Origin: Bacteroidales bacterium
GTDB taxonomy: Bacteria > Bacteroidota > Bacteroidia > Bacteroidales > GCA-2748055
Direction of reading: 5' to 3'
NCBI GenBank assembly: GCA_021738565.1
Contig: JAIPBT010000014.1
Location: 25,821 to 89,820 of the forward strand
Length of the DNA stretch: 64,000 nucleotides
The notes beneath the pieces were generated by a model that searched no databases, was not told the origin of the DNA, and worked only from the letters and a program-made list of their open reading frames with translations. Every line of letters starts with the position of its first letter. Positions within the stretch are counted from its first letter, which is position 1. The position numbers and the translations under genes were made by a program. Shown one piece after another: positions 21,825-31,600 of this stretch.

Positions 21825-23654
21825 ATGGTTTTGAACAACGTGGCACGCTTTATACTGATCCTTTCGATGTCCTGCATTACTATTAGCGGTGTAATGTCAT
21901 ATCCATACCACGACAAACCTCTCAGCAATCCTTCACCTTCACCGGAAGCGGTGGCTCTCTACCGGTTTTTGCAGGATATGTACGGCAACAAAATACTTTC
22001 AGGCCAGATGTGGTCGCCGTGGGGCATCAACGAGATCAGTTATGTATACCAGAATACGGGCAAAAGACCGGCCATTGCGGGATTCGACTTTATACACGAA
22101 CACGAGAACAGCGACGAGGTATGGAAGGCCATCCAGTACTGGAAAGCCGGAGGTATCCCTACGATCATGTGGCACTGGGGCGCACCCGGTGTTGGAGAAG
22201 GATATGAAAACAGCAAGGTGGGCATCGACATCAATAAGTGTTTCGAGGAAGGAACTGTTGAATACAATGATATGTGGTCGGAACTCGAAAAAAAGGCCGA
22301 TCACCTTGAAAGGCTCAGGGATGCCAATGTTCCGATTCTTTGGCGGCCATTCCATGAACTTAACGGCGGCTGGTTCTGGTGGGGCATGCAGGGACCGGAA
22401 CTTTTCAAACAACTGTGGACCACCATGTACGAATATTTTGTTCAGGAAAGAGGCCTCAACAACCTTATCTGGGTGCTTTGTTACCCGGGCAATCCCCATG
22501 AAGACTGGTATCCGGGAGACTCACTTGTGGACATCGCCGGATGTGATACCTATGAAGGGGGTACCAGCGCACAAACAAGGATGTACAACCAGCTTGAACA
22601 GATCGTGGATGATGATGGCATGCCCCTGGCTTACCACGAATGTGGCGTGCCTCCCAACCCGCAGCTTTGCGTAGAAGGAGATGCCATGTGGTCATGGTGG
22701 ATGCAATGGCATACGGGCCACCTCACCGATACAGACAAATCCTACCTGAAGTTCATCTATGACCACCCCCTGGTGATTACGCGCGACGAACTGCCCGATA
22801 TTATGGACATCTACAGTTGGGATTCAACCTGCCTTGTCGACACGGTTACGGTCTTCACCTACGCCGGTGAAGACTCCCTGGTACAATTGAAAGAAGCGCT
22901 GGTTTATATTGACTCCTCCCTGACTCTCAGGGCGGAATCCGGGGGCGAAGGCACCTGGCAATGGGAAGGATGCAGAAACGACACTGCCGGACAAGAATTT
23001 ACAATTCCACTGGATGATAATTGTTCCGCCATAGTAACCTTCACCAACAGCTGCGGAGCCCCTTCCACGGAAAGATTCAGTGTAGTGGGTTCCTGTGATC
23101 CTCCAACGATCTACCCATACATCCTGATTGGATATAACTATCTCAGGCAGGATACAATCACGATTGATCCCGGGACCAGTCTGACCCTGGTTCCCAAAGC
23201 CAATGGCGATACCTGGCAATGGACCGGTCCGGACATCGATACCTCCGCGAACCGGATCACCGTTGCCCCGGAAGATTCATCCGTTTATACGGTTACCATA
23301 ATAAATGATTGCGGAGCTTCTGCAGATCAATCATTCGAAGTGTATATCAGGAAAAACATCATTGATACTACTACAACAGATACTACCGGAACCGGTATGC
23401 AAATGCAGACAACCCCTGACCAGGTGGTCATCTATCCAACTTTCTGCAGGGGACAAGTAACCATTGAATGCAAATCGGACTTTGTAAAGAATAACAGGAT
23501 CGATATTCTTTCTCTGGACGGAAAGCTGCTGGAGCAATATCATTTGTACGGCAAACGGGTCGAACTTGACATTTCCACCTACAATCCCGGCCTCTACCTC
23601 ATCAGGGTAACCACTGATCATTTCATAAAAACAGCCCCAATATTTATTGAATGA
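21825..23654 (+). CDS. GH26-like glycoside hydrolase with two small Cys-containing modules and a T9SS C-terminal sorting domain
   Basis: 609 aa with a signal peptide. GH26 hallmark LWRPFHELNGGWFWWG. Two tandem modules carry TWQW(E/T)G ... N(S/D)CGA(P)S. The C-terminal ~80 aa (VIYPT...GLYLIRVTT...) look like a type-A Por secretion tail. Confidence 0.7.
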   Translation: MVLNNVARFILILSMSCITISGVMSYPYHDKPLSNPSPSPEAVALYRFLQDMYGNKILSGQMWSPWGINEISYVYQNTGKRPAIAGFDFIHEHENSDEVWKAIQYWKAGGIPTIMWHWGAPGVGEGYENSKVGIDINKCFEEGTVEYNDMWSELEKKADHLERLRDANVPILWRPFHELNGGWFWWGMQGPELFKQLWTTMYEYFVQERGLNNLIWVLCYPGNPHEDWYPGDSLVDIAGCDTYEGGTSAQTRMYNQLEQIVDDDGMPLAYHECGVPPNPQLCVEGDAMWSWWMQWHTGHLTDTDKSYLKFIYDHPLVITRDELPDIMDIYSWDSTCLVDTVTVFTYAGEDSLVQLKEALVYIDSSLTLRAESGGEGTWQWEGCRNDTAGQEFTIPLDDNCSAIVTFTNSCGAPSTERFSVVGSCDPPTIYPYILIGYNYLRQDTITIDPGTSLTLVPKANGDTWQWTGPDIDTSANRITVAPEDSSVYTVTIINDCGASADQSFEVYIRKNIIDTTTTDTTGTGMQMQTTPDQVVIYPTFCRGQVTIECKSDFVKNNRIDILSLDGKLLEQYHLYGKRVELDISTYNPGLYLIRVTTDHFIKTAPIFIE

Positions 23655-23819
23655 CATTTGCTTTCGGATTCCCCCGGCAGGCTATTTCATTCTAATCAGA
23701 CAATCGCTTCGCTGACTTGCAGTCCCCCGATTTCGCTCGGGAACCGGGGAATTTAGGATTATTATTGTTGCCCCGACTCCGCCTGGCAACCCTGCTCCCA
23801 GTCACCTGGTCATCACTAC

Positions 23820-23861
23820 TGGCCTTTGGCCCCTGGCTATTGGCTCCTGGCCCCTGGCTCA
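23820..23861. repeat. Heptanucleotide tandem array (TGGCYNN x6), locus A
   Basis: TGG recurs at 23820, 23827, 23834, 23841, 23848 and 23855, an exact 7-nt phase. The array is preceded by the 25-nt word aaccctgctcccagtcacctggtca (23788-23812) and followed by a (TA)n-rich tract. Confidence 0.85.
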
Positions 23862-24101
23862 CTTAATAATGCGATATATTATAAATATATATTTTCCTTT
23901 TCCCCATCAAAGTATGTCCCAAACACTTCAAGTTACAATATGAACGATTTTTATACTGATTATAAATAAATCATCTTTTTATTTCATAAATTTCTTAAAG
24001 ATTTATTTTTCGTAACTTGTTTTTCTGATCTGCACCCGTTTAAAGGTGCATTGCAATAGCATTGCACCATGATTTAAGTAAAAACTTTAAACTTTTTACC
24101 C

Positions 24102-27100
24102 ATGGCTAAATCAGATCAACCCGTTCATTTCGGTTTCGATATCGGATCCATCTCCGTCAACACTGTGGTGATGGATAACGAGAAAAACATTATTGAGAAC
24201 CGCTACGACCTTTGCCATGGAAAACCATTTGCACTGCTGTTGTCGATACTTCAAAGCCTTGAAGAAAAATATTCCAAAGAGCGGGTTGGACTGATCGGGA
24301 TCACCGGAACGGGTGGCAAACTGGCACAGCAACTGATCGGCGGCAAATACATCAATGAGATCGTGGCACAATCCACTTCGGTTGCCGACATGTATCCCGA
24401 CACCAAAACCATCATTGAAATGGGCGGGGAGGATTCCAAGCTGATCATCATGGAGAGCGGGGAAAACGGGGTTACGCGTCTGTCGGACTTCGAAATGAAT
24501 ACCCTTTGCGCTGCCGGAACCGGCTCCTTTCTCGACCAGCAGGCCAAAAGGATCGGGGTGTCCATCGAAAATGAATTCGGAGAACTGTCACTCAAATCTG
24601 AGAACCCGCCCCGCATTGCAGGAAGGTGCAGTGTATTTGCAAAGAGCGATATGATCCACCTGCAACAGATCGCAACTCCGGTACACGATATCGTGGCCGG
24701 ACTGTGCTTTGCCGTTGCCAGGAATTTTATCAGCACACTGGGAAGGGGAAAGACCATTGAATTTCCGGCAATATTCCAGGGAGGGGTAGCCTCAAATGTT
24801 GGAATGGTACGCGCATTCCGTGATATTCTTAATGCCGGCGAGAAAGACCTGGTCATCCCGGAATACAACACATCCATGGGTGCCATTGGGGCCCTGTACG
24901 ATCTGTTTGACAAAAGAAAGAACGGACATGAATCTTACCAGGGTTACCAGAAACTTACCGAATACATCAACGGGGAAAAGTCACGCGGAAAAACCTACCA
25001 GCCGCTACACGATCCAAAATCAAAACACAACAAAGAGGTTCACAAAATCCCGGAATCTGAAGACAAATATCCGGTATACCTTGGTCTGGATGTAGGATCG
25101 CTGAGTACCAACGTGGTATTGATCGATGACGAGAACCGCGTAATCGCCAGGAGGTACCTTCCCACGGCCAGCAAACCCCTGGAAGCCATCCGAAGGGGCA
25201 TGCAGGAGATCTATGAAGAGATAGGTGACAGGGTGGAGGTAAAGGCTTCAGGAACCACAGGATCCGGACGTTACCTCACCGGTGATTTCATCGGTGCCGA
25301 CCTGATCCGCAACGAGATCACAGCCCAGGCCACCGCTGCCATTGCATATGATCCGAAGGTGGATACCATTTTTGAGATTGGCGGACAGGATTCAAAGTAC
25401 ATCAGCATAGATAACGGCGTTGTTGTAGATTTTGAAATGAACAAGGTTTGTGCTGCAGGTACAGGTTCATTTTTAGAGGAACAGGCAGAAAAACTGGAGA
25501 TCAATATCGAAGAGGAATTCGGAAGCCTTGCCCTGAAAGCGAAGCAGCCTGCCGGACTGGGTGACCGTTGTACCGTATTCATGGAGTCGGATCTGAATTC
25601 CTTTCAGCAAAAAGGGGTTGAAACTGAAAACCTGGTGGGCGGACTTGCCTATTCAATCGTCCACAACTACATTCAAAAAGTTGTTAGAAAAAAGCGCATT
25701 GGCGATCATATATTTTTCCAGGGTGGTGTGACCAACAACAGAGCGGTTGTAGCCGCATTTGAAAAGGTTACCGGAAAGAAGATCCACATTCCTCCCCATT
25801 TTGATGTGACCGGGGCCATTGGTGCAGCCATGCTGGCACGTGACCATGTAAAGGAAAACAACCTGAAACCCAGGTTCAAGGGATTTGATATCAGCAAAAT
25901 ACCCTACTCAGTCGATAAATTTACCTGCAAAAGCTGCTCCAACCAGTGTGAGATCCGCATGGTGAAGATCAAAGGAGAGAAGAAACCGCTCTTTTTCGGA
26001 GGCCGATGTGAAAAATATGAACGGGATGAAAGAAAAGGAAAAGGTAAAGATATTCCCAACTATTTTGAAGAACGGACTGAAATGCTGATGGACGGTTTCG
26101 AAAACCAACCCGGGAAAAACGGGTCCAGGGTCATCGGAATCCCGCGGGGCCTTATGGTTTTCTACCAGCAATTTCCCTTCTGGCGAACCTTCTTTGAAGA
26201 ACTCGGATTCCAGGTATATGTTTCCGAGAATACCAATACACAAACCGTAAAAAAAGCGCTCAGCCTGATCGTCGCCGAAACCTGCTTCCCGGTTGAAGTG
26301 ATGCACGGACACATTTACGAACTGCTTGAAAATCCGGATGTGGATCTTGTGTTCACGCCTTTTATTATCAATAACAAAGCAGAAAAGGACAATCCCACAA
26401 CGAACTGCAATTGCCCCTGGGTGCAAACCTATCCCTTTATGGTAAAAGCTTCCCTGCCCAGGGACAAACGGGACAAACTGCTCATACCAACACTTAATTT
26501 CAGGTACTTCGGGAAAGTCACGGCAAACGAATTGTACGAAGGTATCGGGAAAAAATTCAAGATCTCAAAGAGAAAGATTACGGAGGCCATGAAAAAGGCC
26601 GACGAAAAACAGGAGCTTTTTGAAAACAGCGTTGTTACCAGGGGACGTGAAGTAATGGACAACCTGCCGGAAGATAAAGAATGCCTGGCCATCATGGGAA
26701 GGACCTACAACACGGGGGATCCCGCACTGAATCTGAGCATGGTCGAAAAACTGATCAACCTGGATGTGGTTCCTATCCCCATGGATTACCTGCCGCTAAA
26801 AGAGGAACGGATCACCGACCAGTACAACATGATGTACTGGCCCAACGGGCAAAAGATCCTTGCTGCAGCACAGATAATCGCAAGAGACCCCAGGCTGCAC
26901 GCTGTCTATATGGGCAATTTCAGGTGCGGTCCCGATTCCTTCCTTTCCCATTTTGTGGGTGAAGAGATGTCGGGCAAACCCTACATGGAGATCGAGATCG
27001 ATGAGCACAGTGCAGACGCTGGAATGATCACCAGGTACGAAGCTTTCCTCGACAGCCTGAAGGGATCAAGGAAAAGTGGCGGGCGTGAAGTAAACATCCA

Positions 27101-28388
27101 CAGGCCCGGAAAATCTGCCGCATCACCCATGGAAGGAAGAACACTCTATTTCCCCTACATGAACGACGCATCCTACGTGGTGGCAGCAACATGCCGAAGT
27201 TTCGGCATCAACTCCGAGTCATTGCCCATGCAAACCCATAAAGACCTTGAAATTGCAAGAAAATACACCTCCGGCAGGGAATGTTTCCCCATGATCTGTA
27301 CCACGGGAAGCTTTCTGAAAAAACTGATGGAACCGGGTGTCGATCCTTCGAAAACCAGCTTTTTTATGCCCGACCATCACGGTCCCTGCCGTTTCGGTCA
27401 GTACAACAAATTCCAGCGTGTGCTTTTTGACCGGCTTGACTACAAGAAAGCCGAGATCATCTCCCCGAGCAACGACAATTCCTACGAGGACATTTCGGGA
27501 GGCCATGGTACCCGGTTCAGGTACAACTGCTGGAAAGGTTTCGTGGCTGTGGATATCCTCAGAAAATTCAAACAGGAGCACAAACCCTATGAATTGATTC
27601 CGGGAAATACCGACAAGGTCTATCAGCAGGGGCTTCAGAAAATAGTGGATTGCATGGAGAACGGGGCCAAAGGTTTGCCGGATATAGTTGAAAGTATCGG
27701 CAGATCGTTTGCAGAGATCCCATTGAGCAATGGAAAAAGGAAACCAATTGTGGCGGTGATGGGAGAAATATTTATGCGGGACAATCCTTTCTGCAGTGCC
27801 TTCCTGGTTGACAGGCTGGAAAAATTCGGTGCTGAAACATGGATTGCAGGGTTCTCTGAATGGGTGATGTATTCAACGATCCGGTACACCAGGGACAGCA
27901 GGTGGAAAGGTGATTTCATGGGCATCTTAAAGTCAAAATTGCAGGAATACACACAAAATATCTCAGCCAGGAAGATCACCAAACCCGTACATGAGATGTA
28001 CGATCACGACCTTGAAGTTTCCGTCAGGGAAATGCTCGATGCCTGCGGGCCCTACATCCACAGGCATTACGATGGAGACCCAGCACCAAACCTTGGCACC
28101 AGTGCAGTGCTGGCGAAAAAACACATCTCAGGGATCGCGAACATTGAGCCATTCACATGCATGCCGGGAACTGTGGTTACATCGCTGGGAGGCAGTTTCA
28201 GGAGCGATCACGATAACATCCCAATGGTCGCGATCTCCTACGACGGCCAGGAAGAGGCTTCAATCGAACTGAGACTGCAGGCTTTCATGCACCAGGCATA
28301 TGCCTACGCCGAAGCAAAAGGATTGCTTAAAAAGGTTCTCCATAAAGGGGAGCCTTCTGAAAAAGCAAGTGATCCCATCATAAAATAA
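24102..28388 (+). CDS. Fusion protein: two BcrAD/BadFG (HgdC-like) activase ATPase domains plus a 2-hydroxyacyl-CoA-dehydratase-like/DUF2229-type C-terminal half
   Basis: 1428 aa. Two ASKHA modules are present (FGFDIGSISVN...MNTLCAAGTGSFLDQQ...RCSVFAKSD and LGLDVGSLSTN...MNKVCAAGTGSFLEEQ...RCTVFMESD). A Cys cluster CKSCSNQCE...GGRCEKYE follows, then ~800 aa resembling the activase-associated/dehydratase D-component region. Confidence 0.8.
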   Translation: MAKSDQPVHFGFDIGSISVNTVVMDNEKNIIENRYDLCHGKPFALLLSILQSLEEKYSKERVGLIGITGTGGKLAQQLIGGKYINEIVAQSTSVADMYPDTKTIIEMGGEDSKLIIMESGENGVTRLSDFEMNTLCAAGTGSFLDQQAKRIGVSIENEFGELSLKSENPPRIAGRCSVFAKSDMIHLQQIATPVHDIVAGLCFAVARNFISTLGRGKTIEFPAIFQGGVASNVGMVRAFRDILNAGEKDLVIPEYNTSMGAIGALYDLFDKRKNGHESYQGYQKLTEYINGEKSRGKTYQPLHDPKSKHNKEVHKIPESEDKYPVYLGLDVGSLSTNVVLIDDENRVIARRYLPTASKPLEAIRRGMQEIYEEIGDRVEVKASGTTGSGRYLTGDFIGADLIRNEITAQATAAIAYDPKVDTIFEIGGQDSKYISIDNGVVVDFEMNKVCAAGTGSFLEEQAEKLEINIEEEFGSLALKAKQPAGLGDRCTVFMESDLNSFQQKGVETENLVGGLAYSIVHNYIQKVVRKKRIGDHIFFQGGVTNNRAVVAAFEKVTGKKIHIPPHFDVTGAIGAAMLARDHVKENNLKPRFKGFDISKIPYSVDKFTCKSCSNQCEIRMVKIKGEKKPLFFGGRCEKYERDERKGKGKDIPNYFEERTEMLMDGFENQPGKNGSRVIGIPRGLMVFYQQFPFWRTFFEELGFQVYVSENTNTQTVKKALSLIVAETCFPVEVMHGHIYELLENPDVDLVFTPFIINNKAEKDNPTTNCNCPWVQTYPFMVKASLPRDKRDKLLIPTLNFRYFGKVTANELYEGIGKKFKISKRKITEAMKKADEKQELFENSVVTRGREVMDNLPEDKECLAIMGRTYNTGDPALNLSMVEKLINLDVVPIPMDYLPLKEERITDQYNMMYWPNGQKILAAAQIIARDPRLHAVYMGNFRCGPDSFLSHFVGEEMSGKPYMEIEIDEHSADAGMITRYEAFLDSLKGSRKSGGREVNIHRPGKSAASPMEGRTLYFPYMNDASYVVAATCRSFGINSESLPMQTHKDLEIARKYTSGRECFPMICTTGSFLKKLMEPGVDPSKTSFFMPDHHGPCRFGQYNKFQRVLFDRLDYKKAEIISPSNDNSYEDISGGHGTRFRYNCWKGFVAVDILRKFKQEHKPYELIPGNTDKVYQQGLQKIVDCMENGAKGLPDIVESIGRSFAEIPLSNGKRKPIVAVMGEIFMRDNPFCSAFLVDRLEKFGAETWIAGFSEWVMYSTIRYTRDSRWKGDFMGILKSKLQEYTQNISARKITKPVHEMYDHDLEVSVREMLDACGPYIHRHYDGDPAPNLGTSAVLAKKHISGIANIEPFTCMPGTVVTSLGGSFRSDHDNIPMVAISYDGQEEASIELRLQAFMHQAYAYAEAKGLLKKVLHKGEPSEKASDPIIK

Positions 28389-28468
28389 ATCGATGAAAAT
28401 CACTTCAATTACTCAAAAGATTTTATTAATTTTCACAATTAACCAGCTAAACTAACACCAACATTACT

Positions 28469-31400
28469 ATGAAAATAGCAATAAAACCATTGTTTATTGC
28501 ATTCCTGTTTGTCATTATATCTTCTTTCTTTTCAATTTTAATAGCACAAGAAACAGTCAGCGGAACGGTTACAGATGCCGAAACCGGTGATGCCATTATA
28601 GGGGCAACTGTGCTGTTGAAGGGGAGCACAACAGGCAGCATTACCGATATAGAAGGATATTACAGCATCAGTGTAACATCGCGGGATGATGTTCTCCGAT
28701 TCTCCTATGTTGGATACGTCACCCAAGAGATACAGGTAAATGGCAATTCCGTCATTGACGTTCAGCTTGAAGTTGACAGAACCCAGTTGGATGAAGTGGT
28801 GGTGATCGGTTATGGCACACAGAAGAAAACAGACCTGACCGGTTCAGTAACTGTTGTAGACGCAGAGGAAATGCAAAGATCTACTTACAACACACTGGAT
28901 AAGGCTCTGCAGGGCAGGGCTGCCGGGGTTCATATTACAGCAGTGTCGGGAAAACCCGGTGATGTTTCTTCCATTAAGATCAGGGGGATCGGTTCCATCA
29001 GCAGGAGTTCGGAACCACTGATCATTGTCGACGGAATGCCTGTGGGCACCGATTACATGAACGCGCTCAACCCCGCTGATGTTGAATCTCTACAGGTGTT
29101 AAAAGATGCCTCTGCAACAGCCATCTACGGTGCCAGGGGAGCAAATGGTGTAATCCTTATTACAACCCAACGGGGAACCGAGGGCACAGCAAAAGTCAGT
29201 TTTACAGCCAATACAGGGATATCGCAGTTAACCAGTCCCTTCGACCTGATGAATGCATCACAGTATGCAGAATTCTACGAGGCAGTTTACAGAGATTACG
29301 CGAAAGACGATCCCAAGAACATGTATTACCAGGTTTACTCCGATTCTGCAAGGACAGCAAATGATAACCTGGATACCGATACCGACTGGCAGAATGAAGT
29401 GACAAGAATTGGCGTTGACCATGATTACAACCTGAGTGTTTCAGGGGGCAGTGAGAACAGCAGCTACTATGTTGCCGGAAATTACAGTGCCAACCAGGGC
29501 ATTGTTGTTGACACTGACATGAAAAGGTACGGGCTGACTGCCAACTCCAACTTTAAGGTATCCGACCGGATCACAATGGGCGAATCCTTTTCTTTTTCAA
29601 AAGTTGCCATCAATGATGTTTCAAATTACGGGAACGGCAATCCATTCTATGTATCCACGGTAACATCACCATTGATGCCTGTTTACGATCCCGGTGCACT
29701 GGGGGGATACGGTGGCCCGACAGACACACTGACGGGAATCAACGAAAGGACCAATCCGGTTGCAGAACAGATGCTGAATGTTGTGCAGCGCGACCGTTAC
29801 AAGGTACTGACATCCATATACATGGATGCAAAATTACTGCCCGGACTCGTATATACGGTGAGAATAGGAGGCTCCTACAGCATTAATTATGACAAGGAAT
29901 ATAACCCGGAGTACACACTTGGAAACATGCGGCTCAGGGACCGGGACTTTTCCAAATTGAGCGAGAGCAACTCCTATACCGAGAACCTGCAGATGAACCA
30001 CCAGCTGTCCTATGCGAAGAATTTCGGCGATCACAACCTGAACCTGATCGCTGTTTGGGAACGCTTCTCCGGCAACTGGAAATACAATTCTGCAAGTGGA
30101 ACAGACATCGCACATCCCGATCTCGTGGTGCTGGACCAGACAACCGCAAATTTCATTGTCAACGGCAGACCGGCAGAACACAGGCTGGAGTCTTATCTAG
30201 CCAGGGTGCAATACGATTATGCAGGCAAATACCTATTGACAGCAAGTTACAGGGTGGATGGATCATCAAGATTTGGCCCCGAGGGAGGACGCTTCGGGCA
30301 CTTCCCTTCCTTCTCTGCCGGATGGAAGATCAATGAGGACCTGCTGCAGAACGTGGATGAGATCAACATGTTGAAACTTCGTTTTGGCTGGGGCATTACA
30401 GGAAACGAAAACCTTGATGATTACCAGTATTTTAACCTCATAGACCCAAAAGTAAACAGCCGTTATATCTTCGGCGAAAACCAGGATCTCTACCTGGCAG
30501 GGGCCCCTACATCTTTCCAGGCCAATCCTCTGATCAAATGGGAAGAAGCCAGGATGGCAAACTTCGGTATCGATATGAATGCTTTTCGCAACCGCCTGCA
30601 GGTAACGGCAGAATATTATATTAAGAATCAGAATGACCTGCTGGTTCAGAAACCCATATCCAGGGCTTTCGGAAAGTATTCTGCTTACGGTGCAGGAGGA
30701 ACTGTCGGTGCATGGGCCAACCTTTCAAAGGTACAGAACAGGGGACTTGAATTCACAGGTTCCTGGAAAAAAAGGGAAGGTGATTTTCACTATGCTGTAA
30801 CCGCCAATTTCTCTACCATAAGAAACGAGGTAATCGACCTGATCAGGGACGAGATCGTAACAAATTATACCATCACCACGGAAGGATTTCCCATTGGCAG
30901 TTTTTACGGTTTTGTTGCTGAAAGGATCCTTCAGGTGGATGATTTTGATGAAGCAGGCAACTACCTGCATGCAAAGCAGGAAAAAGGAACCTCACCGGGT
31001 GACATTAAATTCAAGGATCTGAACAACGATGGTGTGATCAACAATGACGACCGTACCATCATCGGCAAACCAATACCCGATATGATCTACGGGATCAACA
31101 TTACTGCGGATTACAGGGGTCTGGACCTTACACTGTTCCTGCAGGGTATGCAGAATATGCAGGTATACAATACGATGATGGCACACATTGGCATGGCCTC
31201 AGGAGACAATACCGGGAAAGACGAGAACAAACTTGTGGATGTGATGAATTACTGGACCCCGGAGAATGGATCGACGACCATGACACGACCGACTGTACTG
31301 GATGAAAACCTGAACTCCAGGATCTCAAACTGGTTTCTTTATGAAGCATCGTTTTTACGGATCAAGACCCTGCAGATCGGTTATTCCTTTCCCGAACGTG

Positions 31401-31585
31401 CCCTGTCCGGCCTGAACATTAATCAGTTCAGGATCTATGCCAGTGCAAACAACCTGTTTACAATCACCAGGTATCCGGGGTATGACCCTGAGATCGGAAG
31501 TACGGATCCCCTGAATATGGGCATTGACAATGGTTATTACCCGGTACCCAGAACTGCAAGTATCGGAATCAACCTCACGTTCTAA
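28469..31585 (+). CDS. SusC/RagA-family TonB-dependent outer-membrane transporter
   Basis: 1038 aa. Carboxypeptidase-regulatory-like N-domain (VSGTVTDAETGDAIIGATVLLKGS). Plug motifs VVVIGYGTQKKTDLTGSV and LKDASATAIYGARGANGVILITT. Terminal aromatic residue (INLTF). No STN/anti-sigma domain. Confidence 0.9.
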   Translation: MKIAIKPLFIAFLFVIISSFFSILIAQETVSGTVTDAETGDAIIGATVLLKGSTTGSITDIEGYYSISVTSRDDVLRFSYVGYVTQEIQVNGNSVIDVQLEVDRTQLDEVVVIGYGTQKKTDLTGSVTVVDAEEMQRSTYNTLDKALQGRAAGVHITAVSGKPGDVSSIKIRGIGSISRSSEPLIIVDGMPVGTDYMNALNPADVESLQVLKDASATAIYGARGANGVILITTQRGTEGTAKVSFTANTGISQLTSPFDLMNASQYAEFYEAVYRDYAKDDPKNMYYQVYSDSARTANDNLDTDTDWQNEVTRIGVDHDYNLSVSGGSENSSYYVAGNYSANQGIVVDTDMKRYGLTANSNFKVSDRITMGESFSFSKVAINDVSNYGNGNPFYVSTVTSPLMPVYDPGALGGYGGPTDTLTGINERTNPVAEQMLNVVQRDRYKVLTSIYMDAKLLPGLVYTVRIGGSYSINYDKEYNPEYTLGNMRLRDRDFSKLSESNSYTENLQMNHQLSYAKNFGDHNLNLIAVWERFSGNWKYNSASGTDIAHPDLVVLDQTTANFIVNGRPAEHRLESYLARVQYDYAGKYLLTASYRVDGSSRFGPEGGRFGHFPSFSAGWKINEDLLQNVDEINMLKLRFGWGITGNENLDDYQYFNLIDPKVNSRYIFGENQDLYLAGAPTSFQANPLIKWEEARMANFGIDMNAFRNRLQVTAEYYIKNQNDLLVQKPISRAFGKYSAYGAGGTVGAWANLSKVQNRGLEFTGSWKKREGDFHYAVTANFSTIRNEVIDLIRDEIVTNYTITTEGFPIGSFYGFVAERILQVDDFDEAGNYLHAKQEKGTSPGDIKFKDLNNDGVINNDDRTIIGKPIPDMIYGINITADYRGLDLTLFLQGMQNMQVYNTMMAHIGMASGDNTGKDENKLVDVMNYWTPENGSTTMTRPTVLDENLNSRISNWFLYEASFLRIKTLQIGYSFPERALSGLNINQFRIYASANNLFTITRYPGYDPEIGSTDPLNMGIDNGYYPVPRTASIGINLTF

Positions 31586-31600
31586 ATTTAAAAAATACTG

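Noticed and set aside
22042-22674. 210-aa plus-strand ORF in an alternative frame of the GH26-like gene; also the antisense ORF 21999..22499
   Set aside because: The GH26 frame carries the hallmark WRPFHELNGGWFWWG motif. The alternative frames are Arg/Ser/Thr-rich with no signal peptide or motifs.
24251-24913. 220-aa ORF antisense to the activase-fusion gene; similar cases at 25908..26426 and 27635..27982
   Set aside because: They lie entirely inside a strongly motif-supported gene on the opposite strand. Their Ser/Pro/Arg-rich composition is typical of shadow frames, and no recognisable motifs are present.
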